Positions 38,854 through 51,239 of a DNA stretch of 64,000 bases are shown in pieces. The first letter of the stretch is position 1; every line of letters begins with the position of its first letter. The translations under genes and the position numbers were made by a program. The DNA is from Felis catus (taxonomy: Eukaryota). The notes beneath the pieces are model-generated. The model saw only the letters and a list, made by a program, of their open reading frames with translations, was not told the DNA's origin and did no database searches. The stretch is taken from NCBI RefSeq assembly GCF_018350175.1, contig NC_058368.1, forward strand, positions 175,710,001 through 175,774,000. Direction: 5' to 3'.

Positions 38854-38875
38854 TTTTTTTTTTAAGTTTATTATA

Positions 38876-38907
<32 letters not shown>

Positions 38908-39080
38908 GAGAGTGAGAGAGAGAGAGAGAGAGGCAGAGAGAGAGGGAGACAGAATCCCAAGCAGGCTTTGCACCGTTACACAGAGCCCAACGCAGGGCCC
39001 GGGCCCACGAACCGCGAGGTCTTGACCTAAGCAGAAAGCAAGAGTTGGGCGCTCAACCGACCGAGCCACCCAGGTGCCCC
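38854..39080 (-). mobile_element. Can-SINE with (AT)n in its tail
   Basis: TSD agagataggtg(c/t)tctt at 38838-38853 and 39082-39097. Confidence 0.95.
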
Positions 39081-39334
39081 AAGAGATAGGTGTTCTTACT
39101 CATGATGACTCTGGGCCACCAGGCCGATCAGACGCGCCTTGGCAGTTCTGTTGGTGCTGCCGAGAAAGTTGGATCCCTTGGCTCCTCACACCATGGCCCA
39201 GCCAGAAACATATGGCAAGAAACTCCTGTCCCCCCCTTCATATCTGGGCCTGGTGCTGGCCCTGTCCCTTCGGCACTTAGAGCTGGTGCAGGGCATACAG
39301 GCAGAGTGCCAGCAGAACCCGGCCCCTAGGCATG

Positions 39335-39590
39335 TCTTCTTTTATCTTAAAAGTGGCTTCCAGCATTTAAAGTCAGGCAACTTTACATCCCAGCCTGGGT
39401 TTCTGGCTTCTTGAGAAAACAATTCCAGGATCACTTGGCACCGATTGCCTGTAGTGGTCACTGCTGCCCTCTTTGGACGGGCATGAGCACTGCAGCCCAC
39501 CGCTCTGTCTACCACTCTCTAAGGACTGACTGACCCTCATTCCATTTAGCTCCCGCTCCCCATAGTCCCCTGCAGCATCTGTGAGGTAAT
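39335..39590. mobile_element. MER102-like hAT element
   Basis: gggtttctggcttcttgagaaaa...gctgccctctttggacgggcatgagcactgcag. Confidence 0.55.
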
Positions 39591-39619
39591 CCTCCAACTG
39601 GGTAATCGCGTCTGTGATA

Positions 39620-40050
39620 GGGAGTGCAGAAGAAACGTACAGACAGCTCTGGAACCAGAGAAGGCCTCCTGACCTCCTGGCCTGATGGGGTTCGGCTCCC
39701 TCCTGTTGGAGGGAGGGGAGCCTCCTATTGGCCCTGGTTTATATGCATCACCCAACCCTGTCCTCTGATGCAAAGAAACTTCAGATTCCGTGATGCTCCG
39801 GAGCCCAACCAGCCAGGTGAGGAGTGAGTCACGAGGGCCCCTTTCCCAGGGTTCCAGCAAAAGTCCTTCAGGGGACCCTCAGCAGGCTAACCTGGGCCAT
39901 GTGTTCTACCCAGAACCACTCACTGTGGCCAAGGAGAAGGGTCAGCCCAGACCACATGGGATGAGACTAGAGAAGACATCCTTCCCCAAAGGAACAAGTC
40001 TCTGGAAGAAGAGGACTTGGATGCTGGCCAAGTGCACACAGCAGATACCA
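39620..40050 (-). mobile_element. MaLR LTR (MLT1K/L-like)
   Basis: cctgggccatgtgttctacccagaaccactcactgtggccaagg...ttccccaaagga...gaagaggacttggatgctggcc. Confidence 0.55.
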
Positions 40051-41122
40051 GTCGGTGTGTGCATCTTTAGGTACAATCTCTGTAATTACTTACCCCACCA
40101 GGCCAGCGCCCATGCCCCTCACCTTCACAGCCCCCGCCCCCCCACCCCCACCCTAGGGCATGGCTTTCTGTCTTACACAAAAGCTTACGTAATTAAACTA
40201 CAGTGGTTGACATGATCTCTGCTAGGAAAGACCCTGACAGGTAGGTGTTCTCAATGCCTTGTGTCTATTCATTTTCTATCTCTGAAAGCTCCCTGAGAGC
40301 AAGCCTGGCTTCTCATTCATTGGTGTCATCCATAGTCTGCCACAGCGGAGTGCCTGATAACTCTCTCTCAACATCTTCGAGGACATCATGGAGAGAACTG
40401 CAGACTTCTCCTATGGGGCTGGGTTTCAATTGAGGTTCCTTCCATCTCTCAGTAGCTGTGCCTTGGTCAAAGTATTAGTCAGGGTTCAAGTGGGGAGAAG
40501 GCCACTAAGGGGCACGGAATAAGGGCTTTACTATTGGAGTTTGGCCTTATCCAGTGGGGGCGAAGGAAGGTCTGGATGGGGCAGGGAGGATCGGAAGGCT
40601 CGCGGGCCAGTCGAATGGTACTGGGAAGGGGAGCTGATGCCTCCATGCGTCTGCTGTGAGGGTGAAGGGAGAAGAGCTGGACACAGAGCGCAAAAGAGTA
40701 AAGGCCCGTGGGTACCACTGTCAACTCTGTGTCTCACTTGCCACCACAGCCAACGCAGTCACACATCTCAGAGAGTGTAGCCACCGCTCCCCGCCACCTC
40801 CGGATTTTTGTGCACACGCCTCTTTTGGCCAGCTCACACCTGGAACCATGCAGGGAGGGGGATTCTGGACAACAGGGTTCCGGTCTCACCACATCAACAC
40901 GGTACCACACAGTCAGGTACTGGACCCCCTCCGGGCCACGGTTTCCTCATCAGTGAAATGGGGACCCAACAGGCACACAGTTATTATTTATTACAGTCCT
41001 CATTTATATAACAATTCTGATTGATTGCTATTTAGCAGCCTTTGCCAGAATCTTTGTTACGTATGGGACCTTTGGCTCTACCCTCTTACCATGATAATGC
41101 CTTTAAGAATTTCCATCCCTAC

Positions 41123-41545
41123 TAAGTCAGAGAGAGAAAGACAAACACGATCTGTATGATCTCACTTATACGTGGAATCTACAAATGGAGAACTCATAGA
41201 AACAAAAGGTAGACTGATGTTTATGAGGACCTGGGAGGTGGGGGAAATGGGGAGAAGTCGGTCAAAGGGCACAAACTGCCAGTCATAAGATGAGTTAAGT
41301 TCGGGGCGTCTAATGTGCAGCATGGTGACCATAGTTAATAATCCTGGATTGTAGACCTGAAAGTCGTTATGAGTACATCTTAAATGTGCTCACCATAACA
41401 GCAGCCTGGTAATTATGTGAGGTGAGGGATGTATTAACTGATACTGTGGTCAACACTGCAATATACGCACGTATCAAACCATCACCTCGAACAGCTTAAA
41501 CTTGCACCATCGTTACATGTCCGTTATATCTCAGTAAATCTGAGA
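41123..41545 (+). mobile_element. L1MA9/carnivore L1-like 3' end
   Basis: taagtcagagagagaaagacaaac...ctcacttatacgtggaatcta...tctaatgtgcagcatggtgaccatagttaataat...ttatatctcagtaaa. Confidence 0.85.
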
Positions 41546-44309
41546 ATTGTCATTCTCAAAGCCACGGCAGTGGCGTCTGTGGGCAACCGTGTCTCCATTC
41601 AAGTCTCACATTTTAAACATTAATTACTGTCCCTCGAGTGGCTTCACGTCTGTCGTGCTCTGGCCTCTGGCAGAACCAGGTTCTTCTGTTCCACAGGCCC
41701 GTCTGGAGACCGTTCCCATTTCTGCCTCCAGCTTGATTCTGGAGAATCAGGTAGCATGAGGTTCTCACCTTTCAGGCCTAGTCGCCACTCGCAGCCTGGG
41801 GACAGCCTCCCCTTCCTTGGGGAGCCCTGACTCCACAGCTCCTAGCTACAATGTGCCTCCCCAAAGGATAGAATCAAGTGAACGCCTGGCCAGGAAACAA
41901 CAGCTATCCTGTGACTGCAGAAAGCATCCTTCTCTGGAAATTGCAGAGCTGGCCCTTTAAGGCCCCTGGACTGTCTGCTGGGGTGGGCTGGGAGGTGCAG
42001 GGAAGAGGAAGGGAGAGTGGTTAAGGGAGGGAGAGAGAAAGACAGAGAGAGAAAGACAGAGAGAGGGATCAGTTGTGATACCATGGCAACGCCGAATACT
42101 CCAAAATGGATGCAAGTTGAAGAATAATATTCAGGGAAACAGAAGGACAACTCACAGGCCCCTGAAGGCTGTTTCAGATGCAAACTGGGCTGGGTGGGTT
42201 GAGCCCCGGAGGAAGGGACCCACTTCCTCAGAGATGGGGAAACCGAGGCTAGGAGAGGGGTAGGGGGCCAGTCTAAAGACACCTAGTTGGTGAGCTGCAG
42301 CTCCAGCACACGGGCCAATGGTTCATTTGTTCTTTTAGGCAACAGATACTTATTGAATGCTTACAATGTGCCAGGCGCTCTTCGAGGTGCTGGAGGTACG
42401 GCGTGGAATGAACGAAGGGTCAACAGGGAGTAGAGTGAATTGGGAAACCTTATCCCTTTGCCCAACTTCGTGCAAGCACATGTGGTACACTTCTTGATCT
42501 TCGCAGACAAAACCCAAGCAGCTACGTTCTCACAGCACTGGTGGGGAAACTGAGGCTCAAGGAGGCTGAGGCACTTGCCAGGGCCATACACTCAGTCTGC
42601 TTGAACTCGGGGACCAGGAGGGGCCTTTACCTCTTTTCTCCAAGAGGTGATGATCCGTAACCAAGTGGCCACGGAGCTCGGCTGATCCCAACTCATCCCA
42701 ACTTCATCCCAATTTCATGACTTTCAGTACATACAAAAAGGTGGTAAGAGTGGGCTGCCTGTGGGGAGAAGACTGGGCATACGAGAATCAGGGTGAGAAA
42801 GGGGACTTTTCAATTGTTAACGTAGGAATTCTTTTAAAAATCTGCTGAGTGAAAACTATAAGTAACCATAAATGTATAAATAATCGCAAAATACCCGGGT
42901 CTACTATGTTCACCAACTGTACGATCTTGAACAAGTCGCCCGCTTCTCTGAGCCCCGGTCAGGCACCGCTATAAAACTGGTGGGTTGCCGTAAATGGTAA
43001 AGAAGTTCATGGATGTGAAATGTACCCAGGCGGCAGCACGAGGCACCATGAGACAGAGAGAAGCACAGAAGGTTTTCACTTCTGTTGAAGGGCAGAAGAA
43101 CACAAGAGAAACAGAGGTCGTGAGCTTGAGGCTAGACAGAAGGCAGCATGGCTACCTGGCCTCTCTGAGTGAGGACCTCTAGGGCCACTGTAGGTCTGGC
43201 TTAGCCTCCCTGGGGAAGCCTCACCTTCAGGTCCTGGACCCAGTGAGTGAGGTCATCCAGTGAGATGCTTTCTGCCCGGGAGGGCGCCATGGGGCTGCCA
43301 GTATGCAGAGACTATAACATCTCTCCAGACTGAACCAGGGACCCCATACCTGCGAGGGACCAAACTCCTGGTGGGATGAGAACCCATGGCTGTCTAGGCC
43401 TAAGAAAGCAGGAGGTGCCTTCCTTTCCACATGGCATTTCCCTGGCTGGCCTCCCTTGGGAGAGAGCAGCATTTCATAGGATGATGACAGCTCAGAGAAG
43501 CAAAAGCCAGTTAGGAGGTGGAAGATGGGCCAGGAGTCCCCGGTGAATTATCTTAACTATGAAAAAAAAAAAAAAACAAAAACAAAAACCAGCAACATTT
43601 TGAAGCCCTTTATGGAGCTTATAGTGAAAAAAAATTGCTTTTTTTCTGCTGGAACAAAGACAGTAGTTATGTTCTATATTCTAGCAATTTCTTTCGAAAA
43701 AAAATCAAAATCTGGGTTCTGTGGGTCAGATCTGGAATTCAAATGTCTTCTCCATAAGCACCCCCCCCACCCGCCGCCTTCCTCCCAACTCAACAAGATG
43801 GAGATACTTGAATATGTTGTGCTTTTGAAATACTGAAGGATCTGGTGGTCTTGGGCCGACCCACACGCCTGGCAGCAATAGGCAGGGCCCTCGTGGTAGC
43901 CATCTCTTTCAGATGGGCATGCGCCCTCCTGACTTCCACACTCTATGCCACCCCCTCCCTGTAAATCACAGCAGCCTACATCCCTCACACTCTGATGCTG
44001 GTATAGACCCTGCCCTATGTCCACACACCTAGCTACCATGCCCGAGGCCTCAAAGAGACTCTAACCAAATCCAGTGCCTGGCTCCGAGATGCATTTCTGT
44101 GACTTTGTAAAATGGTTTGCCTTCCTATTACTGATTTCCATCAGTAATGGCTGGCCAAATCAGTTTCTTCTCTGAGCACATCCTGGCTGCAAGTCTGATG
44201 TTCTACTGTCTAAGGACTGTGTGATTTAAGGGAAGCTATTTAATGCCTCTGAGCCTCTACTTCCATGGAACTGATTGAGAACAAAATATTATTATTATAT
44301 TATTATTGT

Positions 44310-44760
44310 TATTATTAATGTTTCCCGATTTTGTAGGTTGACTGGGTGGTTCTTTTGCTTTAATGTGGTGCCAGCCAAGGCCCAGGGATGGCTTGAAGGC
44401 TTCGCTCATGTGACTGGCAGTTAGTTCTGACCACCAGCTGGGAAGTCTGAGGAGCTGCTGGAAGGAATTCTGGTTCTTTCTGCTACCCCTTTCCACATGG
44501 CTGCTTGTGCTTCCTCACAGTGTGGCGTGGAAGGGTGTCCCAAGAGGTGAAGACAGAAGCTACAGCTCTCTGAAGGCCCAGAAGTTAGCCAGCATCACCT
44601 CCCTCACATTCTAGTGAACGTAACAGGTGCCAGCCACAAGGACTCAAGAGGAGTGCAAATGGACTCTGCCTCTTGACGTGGACATACAAGGTCTCCTCCC
44701 AGAAAAGCATGGGAGGTAGGGAATATCTTTGCACCACTTTGGAAACACGGCGTCCAACAG
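44310..44760 (-). mobile_element. MaLR LTR (MLT1H/I-like)
   Basis: ttccacatggctgcttgtgcttcctcacagtgtggc...gcatcacctccctcacattcta...ggactctgcctcttgacgtgg. Confidence 0.75.
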
Positions 44761-46752
44761 GTGGATTTCACGGGGCCTCATACACCAAAGGTCTTCAACA
44801 ATGTTAGTTCCACTCATTCACTCATCCATTCATTCACTGATTCATCCATCCACCTCCCCCCCGCCCCTCCCCCCCCCCACACATTCAGGAAGCACTTATT
44901 GTGTGCCAGCCTTAAACTAGACACTGGCAAGATGCACCCATCAAGGAAGTCCTAATTCTGGATGGGAAACAGGCAGGTAGAGCAGTAATTACAGCACAAT
45001 ATGGCAACTGCTTTGCTAGAGGAATGCTTTAGGATTGGCAAGTGGCCCCACACTGGGCCAGTGGGAACCAGCCCGGGAGACTGGCTGGCTCTCCTGAGAG
45101 AAAGGTTCTTTTTCACAGGGCTGTTTGGTCTGCCGTCATGTGAAACCTGCCCGTGCCTATCCTGCCACATATGGGAGGACTTGTGACAGGTGTGCCAACC
45201 ACATTTCTTTTTTTGCTCAAGTAATTTTGGTTACAGTTGTCCCTCCCTTCCTATTAGAGTGAATCCCTACAAACACTGTTCCTAAGGCACTCACAATATA
45301 ATAGGAAGGACCCACAGGCAACAAAGAATTATGTTTTAGTGGTATAAGGGATAAAACAGAGATGTGCATAGGATATTATGAAGGGAGGGACTGGGTTCAT
45401 TTTTTTTTTTTTTTTTTTTTTTTTTAATCTTGGAGGCAGGTTTTACCTAGTTCTAGAAGTTCTAGAATGTTCCCTGGAGGAAGCCCCCGCCCATATACCT
45501 ATCACAGGGCTGGGCAAATTAGCAGATGCCCTCTGTGGACCAGTGAAGAAACGGCAGAGTCTTAAGATAAAACTAGCAGAGATCAAGTTATCCCATTTTA
45601 AATCTGCCCCCTTCCTAACTTACTGAACTCAGGCATATGTCAAATTGGCTGCCCTGGTGTCTGTATGACAGAAACAGAATCTCCTTAGCTAAAGCAGCCT
45701 TTTAATAGACCTCCAGAGGTTAATGGGCCTGACAGATCTTTGACATTTATTGGATTTTACGAGCTAGTGGATCTGACTCAGAAAGCTGATCAGATATTCC
45801 AAATCGATGGCCCCTTTGGGGTACTGTCTTCACACAGAGCGAGCCATAATGAGGTGACCTTGGATGCCTGAGTCCAGAAAGAACAGAGAATGTCAGAATC
45901 ATAGGAATTCTAAACAGATCAAGGCCTACACGGTGCCCTCAGGGTCCCTCTGGCCCCGAGATGCTTTGCCCACAGATTCTGTAATTGCACACTCCTTCCA
46001 GTTCACCCTGCCTGGACAGCTACAAGCACCAGTATCCTTCTACAAGATTCCTTCCCTCACCCCACAAACATTTGTGAAAAGGCTTTGTTATAATGGCATT
46101 TCACAAATGAACATTCCCTGGGCCGCTGCTCTGCGCCAGGCACAGTTCAGGCAGAGGGGATCCAGAGAAAACTGGATCCTTCTCTTCTAGCGGCTTACAG
46201 TGCTATGGGGAAGACTTCCAGAGACCCAAATCCTGTTAGTGCCCTGCGATGGGGCTGGCAGGGGGGGAACACAGAGAGAGCAGGCAGTAGGGAGGAAGGC
46301 AAGCTGACTGTGGAGGATTAGGGAAGCCTCCCAAGTACAGAGCCTTGTGGCTGGGTTTTGAAAGCCAAGTAGGAACTCAGCAGGCTGGGGAGGAGAAAAA
46401 GGACATCCAGGTGGGGAAACGAGGTATATAACAAATACAAAAGTGCAGAGACACACAGATGCTGTCACTGGAGCATACAGAATCCAGCAAGGACGCATCA
46501 CTTTTCTCAGCTTGGCAAAAAGAAAAACTTCAGGGCTGGGAAGAACAGGAAAAAGATATGCTCATACGTTACTGGAAGGGAGGAGAATTACTATGAAGCT
46601 TTTTGGAAATACTGGCAATGTCTGTTCAGATTTAAAATACACACGACCTCTGAGCCAGAAATTCTACCTTTGGGACTTAGGTCTCTATATATTAAAATAA
46701 AATTAAGTTTCAGTTTAAATAAAATAAAATACAGTTCTGTGCAATTTCCCAG

Positions 46753-47545
46753 TTGTGGTGAGTATGAGTCGTCGTTCCTGCCCAGAATCTCTTCTTTTGG
46801 AAACAGCCCTCTGATTTCCTTTGGGGAACAGTTCTTCCCACTTGGGTCCATGTGGGTTTATGGTCATCTTGGAGCAGGCTTCTTTATTCTGGGGCTCGTC
46901 TTAGTTATAGAAATGCCAGCCAAGCAGATACCCATTGGCTTGAGAGAAGGGGAGAAAGAAGGATTTTCTTGGGGGGGCCAATGGATGGCCCTCTCCAAAT
47001 CCCGTGGCACAGAAGTACAGGGCAGAGATGGGCAAATTGGCCTACGATCTGTCGGTAACCGGTTACTTGTTTGGGCTGCTCATGTGGGGGAGAACTCTCC
47101 ACCTCATGAGTCTACCTGGTAGGCCACTTCCCATTACAAAAGTCCAAATTCACTTTCCAGTCAGTCTCCTTTGTACCCAGAGAGACAGCACATAAACCTG
47201 GTTTCTCCTATCACACATGCCCTCTTAGGACACGAACGTGGCCACTACTGAGAAGCAGGGACTGCATGGAATCCATTCTGGCAAGGACGGCGGCCGTGAG
47301 GTGAATCGGGTTTCAGGCAGCATCATCCCCCCAATCCAGGGTCCAGACCTGCTGGTGTTGGTGGTGCTGGTGGCAGTGTCCGTGCCCAGCAGGGGAACAG
47401 TTGTGCCGTTTGGGAAGTTGCTCCTAGATGTGTGATCTCCAAGCCCGAGTGTCCGGCCTCTGAACAACTCTCAAGGCTACACAACAAACAATCTTTAAGA
47501 AATATTTTTCGGCTTCAACTGGCCAAGTTTGGTCCCTGTCTCAGA
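46753..47545 (+). mobile_element. LTR33-like ERVL LTR
   Basis: tgtggtg...ctgcccagaatctcttcttttggaaacagccctctgatttcctttgggga...ctgagaagcagggactgcatggaatccattctggc... Confidence 0.6.
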
Positions 47546-47674
47546 GTACGGACAGAGACGCAGAGCAGGCCACGAGCAAGATGATGCAAGAACTGAGGAG
47601 GTCCTCCAGGGCTCACCTCCCCCCATCTCGGACTGCAGCCCGACCCCTAGAGACTGACGAAGAACTTGAGTTCT

Positions 47675-47901
47675 TTTTTTTTTTTAATTTTTTTTTTCAA
47701 CGTTTATTTATTTTTGGGACAGAGAGAGACAGAGCATGAATGGGTGAGGGGCAGAGAGAGAGGGAGACACAGAATCAGAAACAGGCTCCAGGCTCTGAGC
47801 CATCAGCCCAGAGCCCGACGCGGGGCTCGAACTCACGGACTGCAAGATCGTGACCTGGCTGAAGTCGGACGCTTAACCGACTGCGCCACCCAGGCGCCCC
47901 C
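47675..47901 (-). mobile_element. Young Can-SINE (same subtype as 7313)
   Basis: tgacctggctgaagtcggacgcttaaccgactgcgccacccaggcgcccc; TSD tgagttct at 47667-47674 and 47902-47909. Confidence 0.96.
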
Positions 47902-50713
47902 TGAGTTCTGAGGGAGGGATGGGGCTGGAGAGAGTCTGAACATTCTGCTCGGTTGGGCAACGGAGGGCTTTGACGTTCATGGTGAAAAGCCAAGTGACCT
48001 CTTTTGTGCACCAGGCTGGGAAAAAAGTTATACCCATTCCCCTTCAATACTTTAATAACTACAGAGGTGAGATTCAGGCCACATGTGATTTGCTAAATGG
48101 CGGGTGGGGGAAGGAGGTGAAAATGTGGGACGATGGAGCCCATCCCACTAGGAAAAGGATAAACTGACCGATCACCTACTCCACTCACTGGTACTGGGGC
48201 TAAGTGAACCGGGCAAACAGGTTGAATTGAACACTACAGGTTCCTCATGAAGGGGAGGCCAGAGTGGTCCTGGGGTGCAAAGAGCTCCTGGCTCCCTCTG
48301 GCTGAAGCCCCTTCTGTGCCAGCACATGCCATCGAGTCAGGCTTCCACGAAGCCTCGGGCTTTAAAAACGCAGCCTGGTGAATTCCAGACATTCTGAGTG
48401 GCTGCATGGACCGCATGCCCCGTGCTTCAGCTAGGAAAGCACTCTGAAGGCTCTCCTGGAATTCAACTTATTTGTCCGTAGGTTGTTTTGAGATTTCCAG
48501 TGAAGAATTGGGGTCTTAAGTCAGAGAGGCCAAGCGTATCCATTTAAAATGCCACTAAGCAAAATGTCAATATTGATATGCCAAAAGAAATGCAGCCAGC
48601 CCACACAGGACTCCTGGGTTCTAAGTCTATAATCTGCAACCAACTTCTGAACTTCAGGTCCTCCTATGAGGCTGAGGTTGAAGGCCCTGGCTGGAGGAAC
48701 TCAGTTGACGCACAACTCTATGAATAAACCGCTAACCTGTATGCTTTAAAAAGGTGGAGTGTATACTATGCGAATCGTATCTCCATTAAGCTGTCATCAC
48801 GATGCACAAAAGGAGCATGGAGGGCCAGACTGGGTTTGGATCTCAGCCCTACTAAGCACTAGCCAGCAGACTTGAAGCTAACGACTAAACCTGGCCGAGG
48901 TTGGTTCCTGAACCTCTAAAACAATCAAATGTGATCGAATCACAGTTATGTCATGGAACCAATATAAAGGGGGCACGTCAGCTATGTGTGACATTGCCCG
49001 ACCCGTGGGTCACACCCAGTAAATGCGTATGCCTTACCAAGTCCCTGCTATGCACCGGCACTGGGGATACAGAGACAGATGACACTTTGCTCCTGCCTTC
49101 AAGGAAAAAAGTACCTTAGGGTGGAAGGCAGGCAGTGACATTATATCTGGTCCCTGTGACTCAGGGACCAGACCACGCAAGTGAGGAGAACCAGAGGGCT
49201 CAGGGAGGACAGATGCCGCTCCTTAGACATACCTTCCCTGGCCTCCAATCCCCACAACCCAGTACTTCCTGCCTCATCACCTTCCTTTTGTTCTCTCCGG
49301 GGCTCCGTCTGAATGTATTCTCATTCATTTACTTGCATGCTTCTTTGATGGAGACTGGCATCTCCATGAGAGTAGGGCCCTTGTCTGCCTTGGTCCCCAG
49401 TGACCAGAACAGTGTCTCGTTCTTATTAGACGCTCAGTAAATATTTGTGGAACAGAAGAAAGCGTCAGGAAGAGGCCTGGAGGGTAAGGAGGAATTAGCC
49501 AAGTGAAGAAGCCAGGAGGGTTGTTCCAGACTGAGAAAACAGCAGCCAGAGCCACTGAGACTGTAGACCGCATGGAATAAGGAGAAGGGATGAGTGGGAA
49601 GTGGCAGGAGAGAAAGATGGAGACACAGTGGGGCAGCCCCCAGACACGACTTGGCCCTCACTCTGGGGTGTGTGTGGGGGGGTCTCTAACCACTACAAGA
49701 CCCCCCCCCCCACTCCGTTGGCTCCAGTCTGTGAAAACCTGCTCACATCCTGGTAGTCCTGCTGAGTGCAGCCTGTGCGTTTCTATAGTAACCGTCACCA
49801 TGGCACCAGAGGCCAGGATCCAACTTCCGGCACCGGCACCGCTGAGGCCCTGAGCTCCTGTCCCCCTCCCCAGCAGCCTCTACCCCACAACAGGGAAAGG
49901 AGACATGGCTGGGCACCACACTGGGGACATGCAAGGAGGGGTGTGGCCTGATGCAGGGGGACAGGATTAAGCATCAGGTATATGTCACAACAGACACACC
50001 AAGGGCAGACACAGACTGAACGTTTACTACCAGTTTCGGTTTCATTGCTTGGCTCAGGCAGGGGATGGGAGGTTGCATCTGAACACACAGCAAGCGCTGG
50101 AGCAGACAGGCCGCTGTGTGGGTGGCAGGGTAGGGCATGGAGCTCGGGGCTCCTTGCGGCTCCCAGACCTGTGGCCTCTCTGAGCCTCACTCTCCCATCT
50201 GCAAAGGGGGAAGGATAAACCATGATACTATTCAGCCCACTGGAAGGATCAGAGAAATAAGCACAGCGCCTTGCACCCGGTAGGGGGCTTGACAAATATC
50301 CGGGGAGTGAGTCTGCACAAAGTATTAAAAAATGAATGTCCCCTCCGTCAGTCGACAAAACTATGAGTCTGCCTTCCCTTCTCTCTTCCCTTCCCTGGTC
50401 CACATTCTGTTCAGACCCACTTCTATTGCACGAGCTTCAGATCATCTGTTCTCTGCCATCTCCCACGCTGTTGGACAGGGGCGGGGTGAAGAGGGTGGGA
50501 ATCACAGGCTTCTGAGTCACAGACCTGTGTTCTAATCCAGCTGCTCACTGGCTGGCTGGCCTTGTGACCCCAGGCAAGCTGAGTCACCTCCCCACCATCT
50601 GCTTTCATTGAGATCCCTTTAACTGCAAGACTCATGAGTCCAACCAGCCTGGCTTAAACCCAAAGGAGGGTTGAGGTTAGGGTTGCAGATTGCAAATAAA
50701 AATACAGGATGCC

Positions 50714-50892
50714 CAGGTCATGATCTCGCGGTTTGTGGGTTCGAGCCCCATGTCAGGGTCTGTGCTGACAGCTCGAAGCCTGGAGCCTGCTTCAGATTCT
50801 GTGTCTCCCTCTCTGCCCAGTCCCCGCTCACACTCTGTCCCCATCTCTCTCAAAAATAAATTTTAAAAATTCGTTAAAAGAAACACTTTAAA
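50714..50892 (+). mobile_element. 5'-truncated Can-SINE
   Basis: Begins at caggtcatgatctc (no A-box head); TSD aaaaatacaggatgcccag at 50698-50716 and 50893-50911. Confidence 0.93.
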
Positions 50893-51020
50893 AAAAATAC
50901 AGGATGCCCAGTTAAATGTGAATTTCAGATAAACAAATAATTTTTGTGCTAGGTCTCAAATATTGCATGGGACACACTTATGCTAAAAAATACTTAGTTT
51001 ACCAGAAACTCAAATTTTAA

Positions 51021-51239
51021 ATTTCTTTTTAATGTTTATTTTTGACAGAGAGAGAGAGACAGAGAGACACAGCATGAGTGGGGGAGGGGCAGAGAGAGAG
51101 GGAGACCCAGAAGTTGAAGCAGGCTCCAGGCTCTGAGCTGTCAGCACAGAGCTGGACGCAGGGCCCGAACTCACGGACTGCGAGATCATGACCTGAGCCG
51201 AAGTCAGATGCTTAACTGGCTGAGCCACCCAGGCGCCCC
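51021..51239 (-). mobile_element. Can-SINE
   Basis: TSD cagaaactcaaattttaa at 51003-51020 and 51242-51259. Confidence 0.96.

Noticed and set aside
44127..44148. Small perfect hairpin attactgat-ttcc-atcagtaat (and ggatccag..ctggatcc at ~46159-46180)
   Set aside because: 8-9 bp stems are expected by chance in 64 kb; no supporting context
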